Origin: a virus
Lineage: Duplodnaviria; Heunggongvirae; Uroviricota; Caudoviricetes
Virus record (IMG/VR): IMGVR_UViG_2703718792_000011
Location: 1-19,384 of that record
Length of the DNA stretch: 19,384 nt
Reading direction: 5' to 3' (one strand)
The position numbers and the translations under genes were made by a program. Positions 7,050 through 14,007 of this stretch are shown here, piece after piece. The first letter of the stretch is position 1, and the number at the start of each line of letters is the position of its first letter. The notes beneath the pieces were generated by a model. The model had not been told where the DNA came from. It saw only the letters and a list, made by a program, of their open reading frames with translations, and searched no databases.

Positions 7050-7073
7050 AAAAAAGCCGGGTAGTGACCCGGC
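7049..7073 (-). terminator. Rho-independent terminator oriented for leftward transcription, immediately 3' of rha
   Basis: GCCGGGT-AGTG-ACCCGGC hairpin (7056..7073) preceded on the + strand by seven A (7049..7055), giving a hairpin plus U7 for a - strand RNA. On the + strand the hairpin is followed by UCGCUC, not a U-tract. Confidence 0.55.
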
Positions 7074-7265
7074 TCGCTCAACGTTGATACAGGCAACTGC
7101 ATAAAGCAGGCCCAAGAATCCAAGAACGTTAACAAAAATACCAGTAAGCATATGAATGTTTCAAGCCTAAATATTGATTCTGCAATTTCGGGACGGTACA
7201 CTGTCCAAGCACCTTATAAAGCGGGTGCCGGGATTGGCGTCCTGGAAATGTTATCGGCGATATAT

Positions 7266-7285
7266 GACGCGCCAGCGTCTTTTTT
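7266..7285 (+). terminator. Candidate rightward intrinsic terminator or attenuator upstream of the cII-position gene
   Basis: GACGC-GCCA-GCGTC hairpin (7266..7279) followed by TTTTTT (7280..7285). The stem is only 5 bp, so it is weak. Confidence 0.35.
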
Positions 7286-7451
7286 ATCGTCTGCGTCTGC
7301 GCACACCCAAATTATGGTGGGCTGGACGGGGGCACCGAAAGGTGCGCCGGTTTCCGATAACGCCGGTTACGCCAACCCCGTTCAGTTCACCACCAGCGAA
7401 ATTGGCGTTTCCGGTGGTGAAGGTAATTCACTGTTATCGGAGGCTGCCATC

Positions 7452-7814
7452 ATGGCTACAGTCCCAACTTCCCCATACCTGAAAATCGAAGTCGTCAACG
7501 GCAAGGCCGTTATTTTCTCCCTGCATGTTGCCTGCCATTTCAAGCGCATGCACCAGAACATCGTCGACAAAATCGAGTATCTGAACTGCTCGCGCGAATT
7601 TTTTACCCGCAATTTCATACCGGGTACTTATCACATCTATGGTGACTCCCTGCGTGGTTATTACATCACCCTTGATGGCCTGATGATGCTTCAGCTTGGG
7701 TTAAGTCTACGCACAATGCGGTACTACGAGAGCTGCATTGAAGCATTCCATGAGGCAGGGAACAGCCTGAATCTTACCGCTTTCCGCCGTAATCAGTGGG
7801 AGGCGCGTCCATGA
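7452..7814 (+). CDS. Hypothetical early-right protein (120 aa) in the cII position; possibly a CII/YdaT-like regulator
   Basis: Start placed at ATG 7452 (GGAGG with 8-nt spacer); the track's upstream extension to 7152 has no RBS and contains a terminator-like hairpin. The YdaT-like label comes from position after a YdaS-type cro only, not from a recognised motif. Confidence 0.6.
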   Translation: MATVPTSPYLKIEVVNGKAVIFSLHVACHFKRMHQNIVDKIEYLNCSREFFTRNFIPGTYHIYGDSLRGYYITLDGLMMLQLGLSLRTMRYYESCIEAFHEAGNSLNLTAFRRNQWEARP

Positions 7815-8005
7815 TTAGTTACGAAATTATTATTTCCACAACTGAATACAGAAACGATGTATCAGTTCGCACGGATGTATCTGTCTGGCACCGTCGCTAT
7901 AAATCCAGAAAAACGGCAGAACTGAAAGCGGCAGAGATGTGTGAAACCATCTCAATGAAAGGTAGCCCGGTTAAATACGTAACTACGGCGGAGGTGCGTC
8001 CATGA
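7811..8005 (+). CDS. Hypothetical small protein (64 aa)
   Basis: ATGA start/stop overlap with the upstream gene and GGGAGG upstream. Protein begins MISYEIIIS. Confidence 0.6.
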   Translation: MISYEIIISTTEYRNDVSVRTDVSVWHRRYKSRKTAELKAAEMCETISMKGSPVKYVTTAEVRP

Positions 8006-8226
8006 TCCGCTACATCGTTAATTCCCTGTATCACCGATACAACCGTTGCCCCCGTGTGGGGCAGTGGTTCGCCACCAGCAACGGTCACGTTCTGCGGGTT
8101 TGCCTGGTCAGCACCGAAAGCCAGAAAGTTGTGTGTGAATTACTGGGGCGTAACTACACCATTAGCTATCCGTTGATGGCGTTTCAGTCCGGAAAAATGT
8201 TTAAACGCCTGGGAGGTGCTCTATGA
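8002..8226 (+). CDS. Hypothetical small protein (74 aa), with a start context nearly identical to the preceding gene
   Basis: ATGA overlap and GGAGGTGCGTCCATGAT context. Protein begins MIRYIVNSL. Confidence 0.6.
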   Translation: MIRYIVNSLYHRYNRCPRVGQWFATSNGHVLRVCLVSTESQKVVCELLGRNYTISYPLMAFQSGKMFKRLGGAL

Positions 8227-9032
8227 GCATGGAGCTGATGGTTAAAGCGATGAAAATTCGTGTGGGGAATCCATTGCGAAAACTGGTTCTGATTAAGCTG
8301 GCTGATAATGCCAGCGATCAGGGCGAGTGCTGGCCCAGCTATCAGCATATTGCTGATCAGTGCGAGATTAGCAAACGTTCTGTGATGAATCATATTACGG
8401 CTCTTTGTGAATCGGGACTGGTAAAAAAAGTTTCCCGGAAAGGTGAAAAAGGCAACTCGAGCAATATTTATCTTCTTCGTCTTGATGGTGCAAAAGATTC
8501 ACCAGGTGGTAGTGCAAATAATTCACTACCTAGTGCAACAAATTCACCAGGTGGTGCAGGAGTTGCACTAGGGGGTAGTGCAGGAGATTCACCCAGAACC
8601 AGTCACTCTTTTGAACCAGTCAAAGAACCAGTCAATGAATCAACTATTGGCGCATCCGCTGACGCGTCTGCACCAGCGCGTTCTGCCCGACAGGAATATT
8701 CACCGGAATTTGAACAGGCCTGGCAGGAATATCCCAAACGTGCTGGTGGCAATTCCAAGTCAGCAGCCTTCAAAGCCTGGAAAGCCCGTATCAGGGAGGG
8801 AATAAAACCGGAGACCATGCTTGATGGCGTGAAGCGGTATGCCGCCTGGGTACGAGCTACCGGAAATATCGGCACACAGTTCGTGAAGCAGGCTGCGACG
8901 TTCTTTGGACCCGATCGTCACTTCGAGGAATCTTGGCAACAGCCAGCCGCTCCCGGAGGTGGGCGAACTACCGGCCTCCCGATCTCGGGATTCAGTGAGC
9001 AGGACTACGGTTCAACGAACTTCAACTGGTGA
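8223..9032 (+). CDS. Replication initiation protein (lambda O-like, N-terminal winged-HTH) with internal origin iterons
   Basis: 269-aa ORF with an N-terminal HTH (LADNASDQGECWPSYQHIADQCEISKRSVMNHITALCESGLVKK), a low-complexity G/S/A/P linker encoded by the repeats at 8498..8607, and a C-terminal domain. GGGAGG upstream and ATGA coupling. Confidence 0.8.
   Translation: MSMELMVKAMKIRVGNPLRKLVLIKLADNASDQGECWPSYQHIADQCEISKRSVMNHITALCESGLVKKVSRKGEKGNSSNIYLLRLDGAKDSPGGSANNSLPSATNSPGGAGVALGGSAGDSPRTSHSFEPVKEPVNESTIGASADASAPARSARQEYSPEFEQAWQEYPKRAGGNSKSAAFKAWKARIREGIKPETMLDGVKRYAAWVRATGNIGTQFVKQAATFFGPDRHFEESWQQPAAPGGGRTTGLPISGFSEQDYGSTNFNW
8498..8607. repeat. Putative origin of replication: four to five tandem iterons of 21 to 24 bp with internal dyad symmetry
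   Basis: Units begin near 8498, 8521, 8543, 8564 and 8588. Examples: attcaccaggtggtagtgca, aattcactacctagtgca, and ttgcactagggggtagtgca (TGCACTA/TAGTGCA arms). A moderately AT-rich tract follows at about 8604..8650. Confidence 0.6.
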
Positions 9033-9051
9033 TTTTTCGAGGTGATGAACA

Positions 9052-9942
9052 ATGTTTGAACAGTTAAAGAAACACTACGCACAACACGACAAAGCGCAAT
9101 TGCTCAACCGCAGGGCGGAACTGGAGGAGGAGATGCAGTTTGCCCGTGTCGGGAAGCGTCCGTGGCGCTGTGAACACTGGCTGACAAGCGAGGATACTGC
9201 TGAGTGTGAGAAACACGGGAAATACACACGTCTGGTGTTGAAAGGGCCAGATGTTCGTGGGGAAACCATCAAACGGGTGTCTGGTTGCCCGACCTGCATT
9301 GCGAATGAGCTGGATCAGGTACAGGAGGCGTTACGCATCCTGAAAGTTCATGAATTACTCGACAGGGCTGGTATTGCCCGCCGCTTCCAGAACTGCGAGT
9401 TTGAGAATTATCAGGCGGTGAATGCTGACGCACAGAGAAATCTTGAGGCTTGTCGGCGCTATGCCGGTTCATGGGAGAAGTGTCTTGCTGCGGGTACCAG
9501 CATGGTCATGATTGGCAATTGTGGTACCGGGAAAAATCATCTGGCTGTATCAATGGCAAAAAATATTATTCGCCACCACCAGGCGACCGTCGAAATTACG
9601 GATGTTATGCGACTGACCCGCGCTGTGAAAAATACCTGGCGCCACAATTCAGAGCGTACCGAGGATGAAGTTCTCGCTCATTTCGCCTCACTGGACCTGC
9701 TGATCATCGATGAGGTTGGTGTGCAGTTCGGCACGCCTACAGAGATAACCATCCTGCAGGAAATCATAAATGCGCGTTACGAAAGCGTTTTACCGACAAT
9801 TTTGATCAGCAACCTGACGTTTGAACAGCTTAAAGAATCCATTGGTGAACGGATTGTGGATCGCGTTACTGATGGTGGGTGTAACTGCCTGGTGTTTGGT
9901 TGGGAAAGCTACCGTGCGCATATCAGAGGTGTGGCAGCATGA
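9052..9942 (+). CDS. DnaC-like helicase loader (AAA+ ATPase, IstB/DnaC family) with a Cys-rich N-terminal region
   Basis: Walker A GNCGTGKNHLAVSMA and Walker B LLIIDEVG. N-terminus carries Cys pairs (CEHW...CEKHG...CPTC). GAGGTGA upstream. Confidence 0.9.
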   Translation: MFEQLKKHYAQHDKAQLLNRRAELEEEMQFARVGKRPWRCEHWLTSEDTAECEKHGKYTRLVLKGPDVRGETIKRVSGCPTCIANELDQVQEALRILKVHELLDRAGIARRFQNCEFENYQAVNADAQRNLEACRRYAGSWEKCLAAGTSMVMIGNCGTGKNHLAVSMAKNIIRHHQATVEITDVMRLTRAVKNTWRHNSERTEDEVLAHFASLDLLIIDEVGVQFGTPTEITILQEIINARYESVLPTILISNLTFEQLKESIGERIVDRVTDGGCNCLVFGWESYRAHIRGVAA

Positions 9943-11339
9943 CAAAACCGACAAATCCGGCATGGCGTAACGATGATCTGGAAGGTGCCGTGATTGGCGC
10001 GTTTTTTCTGCGTGGGGCTGATCCGGAAGTGATGGATATTCTGGCCACGCTTCCGGCGGATGTCTTTTTCGTGCGTCAGTACAGGGATATTTACGCGGGG
10101 ATTTGCAGACAGGCTCGCGTATCCGGCGTCATTGACCCCGTGCTGCTGTGCAATGAGATGCCGGAACTTGCCCCGGTGATTACCGACACCGGGCGTAAAA
10201 CCTGGGTGAAGTCTTCACTGGAGCACTATGTTGCAGCGCTGCGGCGAAATGCCGCACTGCGCGATGCAGAAAAAACACTGACCGAAGCATTACAGAATTT
10301 ACGTGATGCGCATACCTGTGAAGCAGCCGAGGATGCTCTGAAGGATGCGCAGAACATGATGGTCACACTGTCGACAGGAAAGGGCGTCATTCAGCCGGTT
10401 CACATTGATGATGTCCTTCCGGAAGTGGTCGACCGTGTTGAATGCCGCAATCAGGGACTGGAGAAATCCAGGGCGCTGATGACCGGTATTGATGAACTGG
10501 ACGCAAAAACGGGCGGTATGGAGCCCGGAGACCTGGTATTCATTGCCGCCCGTCCTTCGATGGGGAAAACCGAACTTGCGCTGGACATCATCGACAAGGT
10601 GACTGAGCAGGGGCATGGTGTGCTTCTGTTCACCATGGAGATGGCGAACATCCAGATTGGTGAACGTATGGTGTCTGCGGCTGGAGGAATGCCGGTATCA
10701 CGTCTTAAGTCTGTTGCCCGTTTTGAAGATGAAGACTGGGCGCGTTTCTCGCAGGGCGTGGGACGAATGACGGGGCGTAATATCTGGATGGTGGACCAGG
10801 CAAACCTGACCATTGATGAGATATGTGCAACCACGAAGCACCACCGGATGAAACACCCGGAAACGGCGCTGGTGGTGGTCGATTACCTCGGCCTGATTAA
10901 AACCCGCAGCACGGGGCGTCACGACCTTGCGGTGGGGGAAATCTCAAAGGGACTTAAAAGCCTGGCAAAATCCGGCGGTTTTCCGCTGATTGCTCTTAGC
11001 CAGCTCTCCAGAGGCGTGGAATCCAGACCCAATAAACGCCCCATGAACTCGGACCTGAAAAATTCCGGAGAAATAGAGGCGGATGCAGACATCATTCTGA
11101 TGCTTTACAGGGATGAAGTGTACAACCCGGATACGCAGGCCAGGGGCATCGCAGAAATCAATATCACGAAACAACGTAACGGTTCTCTGGGGACGATTTA
11201 CCGGCGTTTTTATAACGGACATTTTCTGCCTGTGGACCAGGAGAGTGCCCGGGTGCTTTCCACACCCATGACTCCGGGCAATCCGCGCAGATACAGCAAT
11301 AACCGCATGTCGGGCAGTAAAACGGAGCGTTTATTTTGA
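9939..11339 (+). CDS. Replicative DNA helicase, DnaB family
   Basis: DnaB-type motifs (GIDELDAKTGGMEPGDLVFIAARPSMGKTELALDI, VVVDYLGLI, SQLSRGVESRPNKRPMNSDLKNSGEIEADADIILMLYRDEVY). ATGA overlap with the DnaC-like stop. Confidence 0.9.
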   Translation: MTKPTNPAWRNDDLEGAVIGAFFLRGADPEVMDILATLPADVFFVRQYRDIYAGICRQARVSGVIDPVLLCNEMPELAPVITDTGRKTWVKSSLEHYVAALRRNAALRDAEKTLTEALQNLRDAHTCEAAEDALKDAQNMMVTLSTGKGVIQPVHIDDVLPEVVDRVECRNQGLEKSRALMTGIDELDAKTGGMEPGDLVFIAARPSMGKTELALDIIDKVTEQGHGVLLFTMEMANIQIGERMVSAAGGMPVSRLKSVARFEDEDWARFSQGVGRMTGRNIWMVDQANLTIDEICATTKHHRMKHPETALVVVDYLGLIKTRSTGRHDLAVGEISKGLKSLAKSGGFPLIALSQLSRGVESRPNKRPMNSDLKNSGEIEADADIILMLYRDEVYNPDTQARGIAEINITKQRNGSLGTIYRRFYNGHFLPVDQESARVLSTPMTPGNPRRYSNNRMSGSKTERLF

Positions 11340-11593
11340 ATAACAGAACAACCACTGTTTCACCGGAACAACTTCGTCGGCAGGCACAGGAGATGCTTCG
11401 TTGTGCTGAACAGATGGAAAAAACGAGCGTGGCAAAGGATACGCTCCGCAAGCAGCTTACTCCGGCGCTGCGTGATCTGCTTCAGGCAAAACACCGCACA
11501 CAAAAGGCGGTGGATGAGCTGGTGGATTGCGTGGCGGAACTGGAAGGCCAGGTAAGCCAGTTTGAAACGCTGGTGAAGGAGTTTACTGCGTGA
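11336..11593 (+). CDS. Hypothetical small protein, probably coiled-coil (85 aa with a TTG start; shorter if an internal ATG is used)
   Basis: ORF begins at a TTG overlapping the DnaB stop. Heptad-like charged sequence. Start codon uncertain. Confidence 0.45.
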   Translation: MNNRTTTVSPEQLRRQAQEMLRCAEQMEKTSVAKDTLRKQLTPALRDLLQAKHRTQKAVDELVDCVAELEGQVSQFETLVKEFTA

Positions 11594-11639
11594 TGGCTGA
11601 ATTTTTTTCTTCTGCGTTCATGCAATACCGTTCGCTGAG

Positions 11640-12635
11640 GTGACCGTGAGAGCACTGCTGACCCCTGAAATTGCCCCGCGTATGGGGATCGTATTGTTCA
11701 GGCCAGGTTCAGAGCTGATGCCCCTGTTTATGCAGGGGCGTGTCCTGCTGGAGCCTGAGCCGGAGCGTTATTCATCTTTCGCCAGTGGTGCCGTTCCGGC
11801 GGCATCACAACCGCTGGCGGATGATCCTGCCGTTCGGGCCGTGTTCCGCAATGAGGCAGTGATCCGTCGTGCTGGTGGCGTGGAATGTCTTGAAAGCTGG
11901 TTACTTCGTGAAAAAGGCTGCCAGTGGCCTCATTCCGACTGGCACAGCGAGAACATGACCACAATGCGACACGCCCCGGGCGCAATCCGTCTGTGCTGGC
12001 ACTGCGATAACCAGCTGCGCGATCAGTTCACGGAACGGCTGGAATCAATGGCAACGGATAACTGTGCCCGTTGGGTGTTGTCTGTTGTGCGTCGGGATCT
12101 CGGTTTTGATGATAGTCACGTTGTGACAATGCCGGAACTGTGCTGGTGGCTGATTCGTAATGACCTGGCGGATGCCTTACCGGAAAGTGCAGCCCGTAAG
12201 GCACTGAGATTACCGAAGCCTGTTGTGCCGTCTGTCACCCGGGAAAGTGACCTTGTGCCTTCGGTTCCTGCCACCAGCATTATCCAGGATAAAGCGAAAA
12301 AGGTGCTGGCGCTGAAAGTGGATCCGGAGTCGCCGGAGTCTTTTATGTTACGCCCCAAACGTCGCCGCTGGGTTAACGAAAAGTACACGCGCTGGGTTAA
12401 GACACAGCCGTGTGCATGTTGTGGAAAGCCTGCTGATGATCCCCACCACCTGATAGGCCACGGTCAGGGTGGAATGGCTACAAAAGCGCATGACCTCTTT
12501 GTGTTGCCTTTGTGCAGAAAGCATCACGACGAGCTGCATGCGGATACCGTGGCATTTGAAGAGAAGTATGGCTCCCAGCTGAAGCTGATATTTCGTTTTA
12601 TCGATCGCGCGCTGGCAATTGGCGTGCTGGCGTAA
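11640..12635 (+). CDS. DUF968-type prophage protein with a C-terminal Cys/His-rich HNH-like motif
   Basis: The C-terminus PCACCGKPADDPHHLIGHGQGGMATKAHDLFVLPLCRKHHDELH resembles a zinc-binding HNH-like module. As I recall, a DUF968 gene (ydfU) sits next to Q in E. coli Qin prophage. GTG start at 11640 is uncertain. Confidence 0.55.
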   Translation: MTVRALLTPEIAPRMGIVLFRPGSELMPLFMQGRVLLEPEPERYSSFASGAVPAASQPLADDPAVRAVFRNEAVIRRAGGVECLESWLLREKGCQWPHSDWHSENMTTMRHAPGAIRLCWHCDNQLRDQFTERLESMATDNCARWVLSVVRRDLGFDDSHVVTMPELCWWLIRNDLADALPESAARKALRLPKPVVPSVTRESDLVPSVPATSIIQDKAKKVLALKVDPESPESFMLRPKRRRWVNEKYTRWVKTQPCACCGKPADDPHHLIGHGQGGMATKAHDLFVLPLCRKHHDELHADTVAFEEKYGSQLKLIFRFIDRALAIGVLA

Positions 12636-12648
12636 GTGGAGAACGAGC

Positions 12649-13401
12649 ATGAACCTTGAAGTCTTACCGAAATATTACTCCCCGAAATCTCCAAAACTGA
12701 GCGATGACGCACCGGCGACAGGCTCTGGTGGTTTAACAATTACGGATGTGATGGCTGCGCAGGGGATGGTGCAGTCGAAAGCACCGCTTGGGTTTGCCTT
12801 ATTCCTGGCAAAAGTTGGTGTTCAGGATCCTCAGTTTGCGATTGAAGGTCTGCTCAATTACGCGATGGCACTGGATAACCCGACATTGAATAAATTGAGT
12901 GAAGAAACCCGGCTACAGATCATTCCTTACCTTGTGAATTTTGCCTTTGCTGATTATTCCAGGTCTGCGGCAAGTAAGGCTCGCTGTGAGCATTGTGCTG
13001 GTACTGGATTTCATAATGTATTGCGCGAAGTGGTGAAACACTCCAGAAGCGGGGAATCTGTTATCAAGGAAGAGTGGGTGAAGGAACTATGTCAGCATTG
13101 CCATGGTAAGGGAGAAGTCAGCACAGCGTGCAGAGGGTGTAAGGGTAAAGGTATTGTCCTGGATGAAAAAAGAACCCGGCTTCATGGTGTGCCTGTTTAT
13201 AAGATTTGTGGGCGTTGCAATGGCAACCGGTTTAGCCGTTTACCAACCACACTGGCGCGGCATCATGTCCAGAAACTGGTACCGGACCTGACGGATTATC
13301 AGTGGTACAAAGGATATGCAGACGTTATTAATAAACTGGTTACAAAGTGCTGGCAGGAAGAAGCGTATGCTGAATCGCAATTGAGAAAAGTGACAAGATA
13401 G
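12649..13401 (+). CDS. Q: Late-gene antiterminator Q-like protein
   Basis: Start at ATG 12649 (GGAGAA with 4-nt spacer). Paired Cys/His motifs (CEHCAGTG, CQHCHGKGE, CRGCKGKG, CGRCNG) and a position immediately upstream of a promoter, short terminator and lysis genes. Confidence 0.7.
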   Translation: MNLEVLPKYYSPKSPKLSDDAPATGSGGLTITDVMAAQGMVQSKAPLGFALFLAKVGVQDPQFAIEGLLNYAMALDNPTLNKLSEETRLQIIPYLVNFAFADYSRSAASKARCEHCAGTGFHNVLREVVKHSRSGESVIKEEWVKELCQHCHGKGEVSTACRGCKGKGIVLDEKRTRLHGVPVYKICGRCNGNRFSRLPTTLARHHVQKLVPDLTDYQWYKGYADVINKLVTKCWQEEAYAESQLRKVTR

Positions 13402-13432
13402 ATAATTTTCGCCGAAGATGTCGACGTGATGC

Positions 13433-13461
13433 TTGCATTTTTCAAAAAATATGGATAAGAT
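13433..13461 (+). promoter_or_regulatory. Candidate late promoter PR' (TTGCAT, 17 nt, TAAGAT)
   Basis: -35 at 13433..13438 and -10 at 13456..13461, about 30 to 60 nt downstream of the Q stop. Confidence 0.4.
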
Positions 13462-13504
13462 TTTCTCAACGATGGGCCTTGTATGTCTACCGTTGGTAAA
13501 TGTC

Positions 13505-13531
13505 AAAAACCCGCCACTGAGCGGGTTTTTT
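13505..13531 (+). terminator. Rho-independent terminator (candidate tR') about 45 nt downstream of the putative PR'
   Basis: AAAAACCCGC-CACTGA-GCGGGTTTTTT: GC-rich stem with a six-T tract at 13526..13531. Confidence 0.7.
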
Positions 13532-13653
13532 GTACCTGTAAACTTGCTGCAGTACAGTAAACACGCTGGTGGTCGTGAATACTGACTTTTTATCTTGCTG
13601 GCTTTTTAGACAAGAGTTATTGGTATGTCATGTTAACCAGAAGGGAAAAAGAC

Positions 13654-13857
13654 ATGCTAAAACAGCAAGATATGACAGAAACCGCCGCCGCAGTCCTTCA
13701 TTTCTTACCTGCTGACAAGTGGGTAACGCCACGCATGATGACGAGAACTACCGGAGTAAGCGAAGCCCGGTGCCAGTTAATACTGACTCAGTTAGTTCTG
13801 GCGGGTCTGGCGAAGGATAACGGCGGGTACGGGAATAAATTCAGACGCTGCCAGTAA
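13654..13857 (+). CDS. Small hypothetical protein (67 aa), possibly a winged-helix DNA-binding protein; first gene of the methyltransferase moron
   Basis: Start placed at ATG 13654 (AAGGGA with 7-nt spacer); the track start at 13630 lacks an RBS. Sequence AAVLHFLPADKWVTPRMMTRTTGVSEARCQLILTQLVLAGLAKDNG looks HTH/winged-helix-like; this is inference. Confidence 0.5.
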   Translation: MLKQQDMTETAAAVLHFLPADKWVTPRMMTRTTGVSEARCQLILTQLVLAGLAKDNGGYGNKFRRCQ

Positions 13858-14007
13858 TGGCGGTTTCCTGCTGTGAAAATGGGCGGCTGGTGGGTGTTGG
13901 TAGCACCTGCCAGCCATTCGCTCATGCTTACTGGTCACAAGCGAACCACGGCCCACTGCTTTAGCGCAAAAGCAGAGTGAGCCTACCAGAGTTACGCTTA
14001 CTGATCC

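Noticed and set aside
7017-7151. 45-codon hydrophobic - strand ORF (MLTGIFVNVLGFLGLLYAVACINV...) resembling a type I toxin peptide
   Set aside because: No SD upstream of its ATG, and the leftward intrinsic terminator lies inside the ORF, so a terminated transcript would lack its stop codon. More likely non-coding; kept only as context for the sRNA hypothesis.
10299-10922. - strand ORFs (105, 127 and 74 aa) inside the DnaB-like helicase gene
   Set aside because: They lie entirely within a high-confidence + strand gene and have no RBS; they are frame shadows in GC-rich coding sequence. The same applies to the - strand ORFs inside the methyltransferase, HNH, terS and terL genes (14218..14728, 16462..17147, 17241..17672, 18008..19180).
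13858-14007. Possible tRNA gene or ncRNA between the small ORF and the methyltransferase
   Set aside because: Several stem-loops are present but there is no T-loop-like GTTCRANYC box or cloverleaf arrangement, so no tRNA can be supported.
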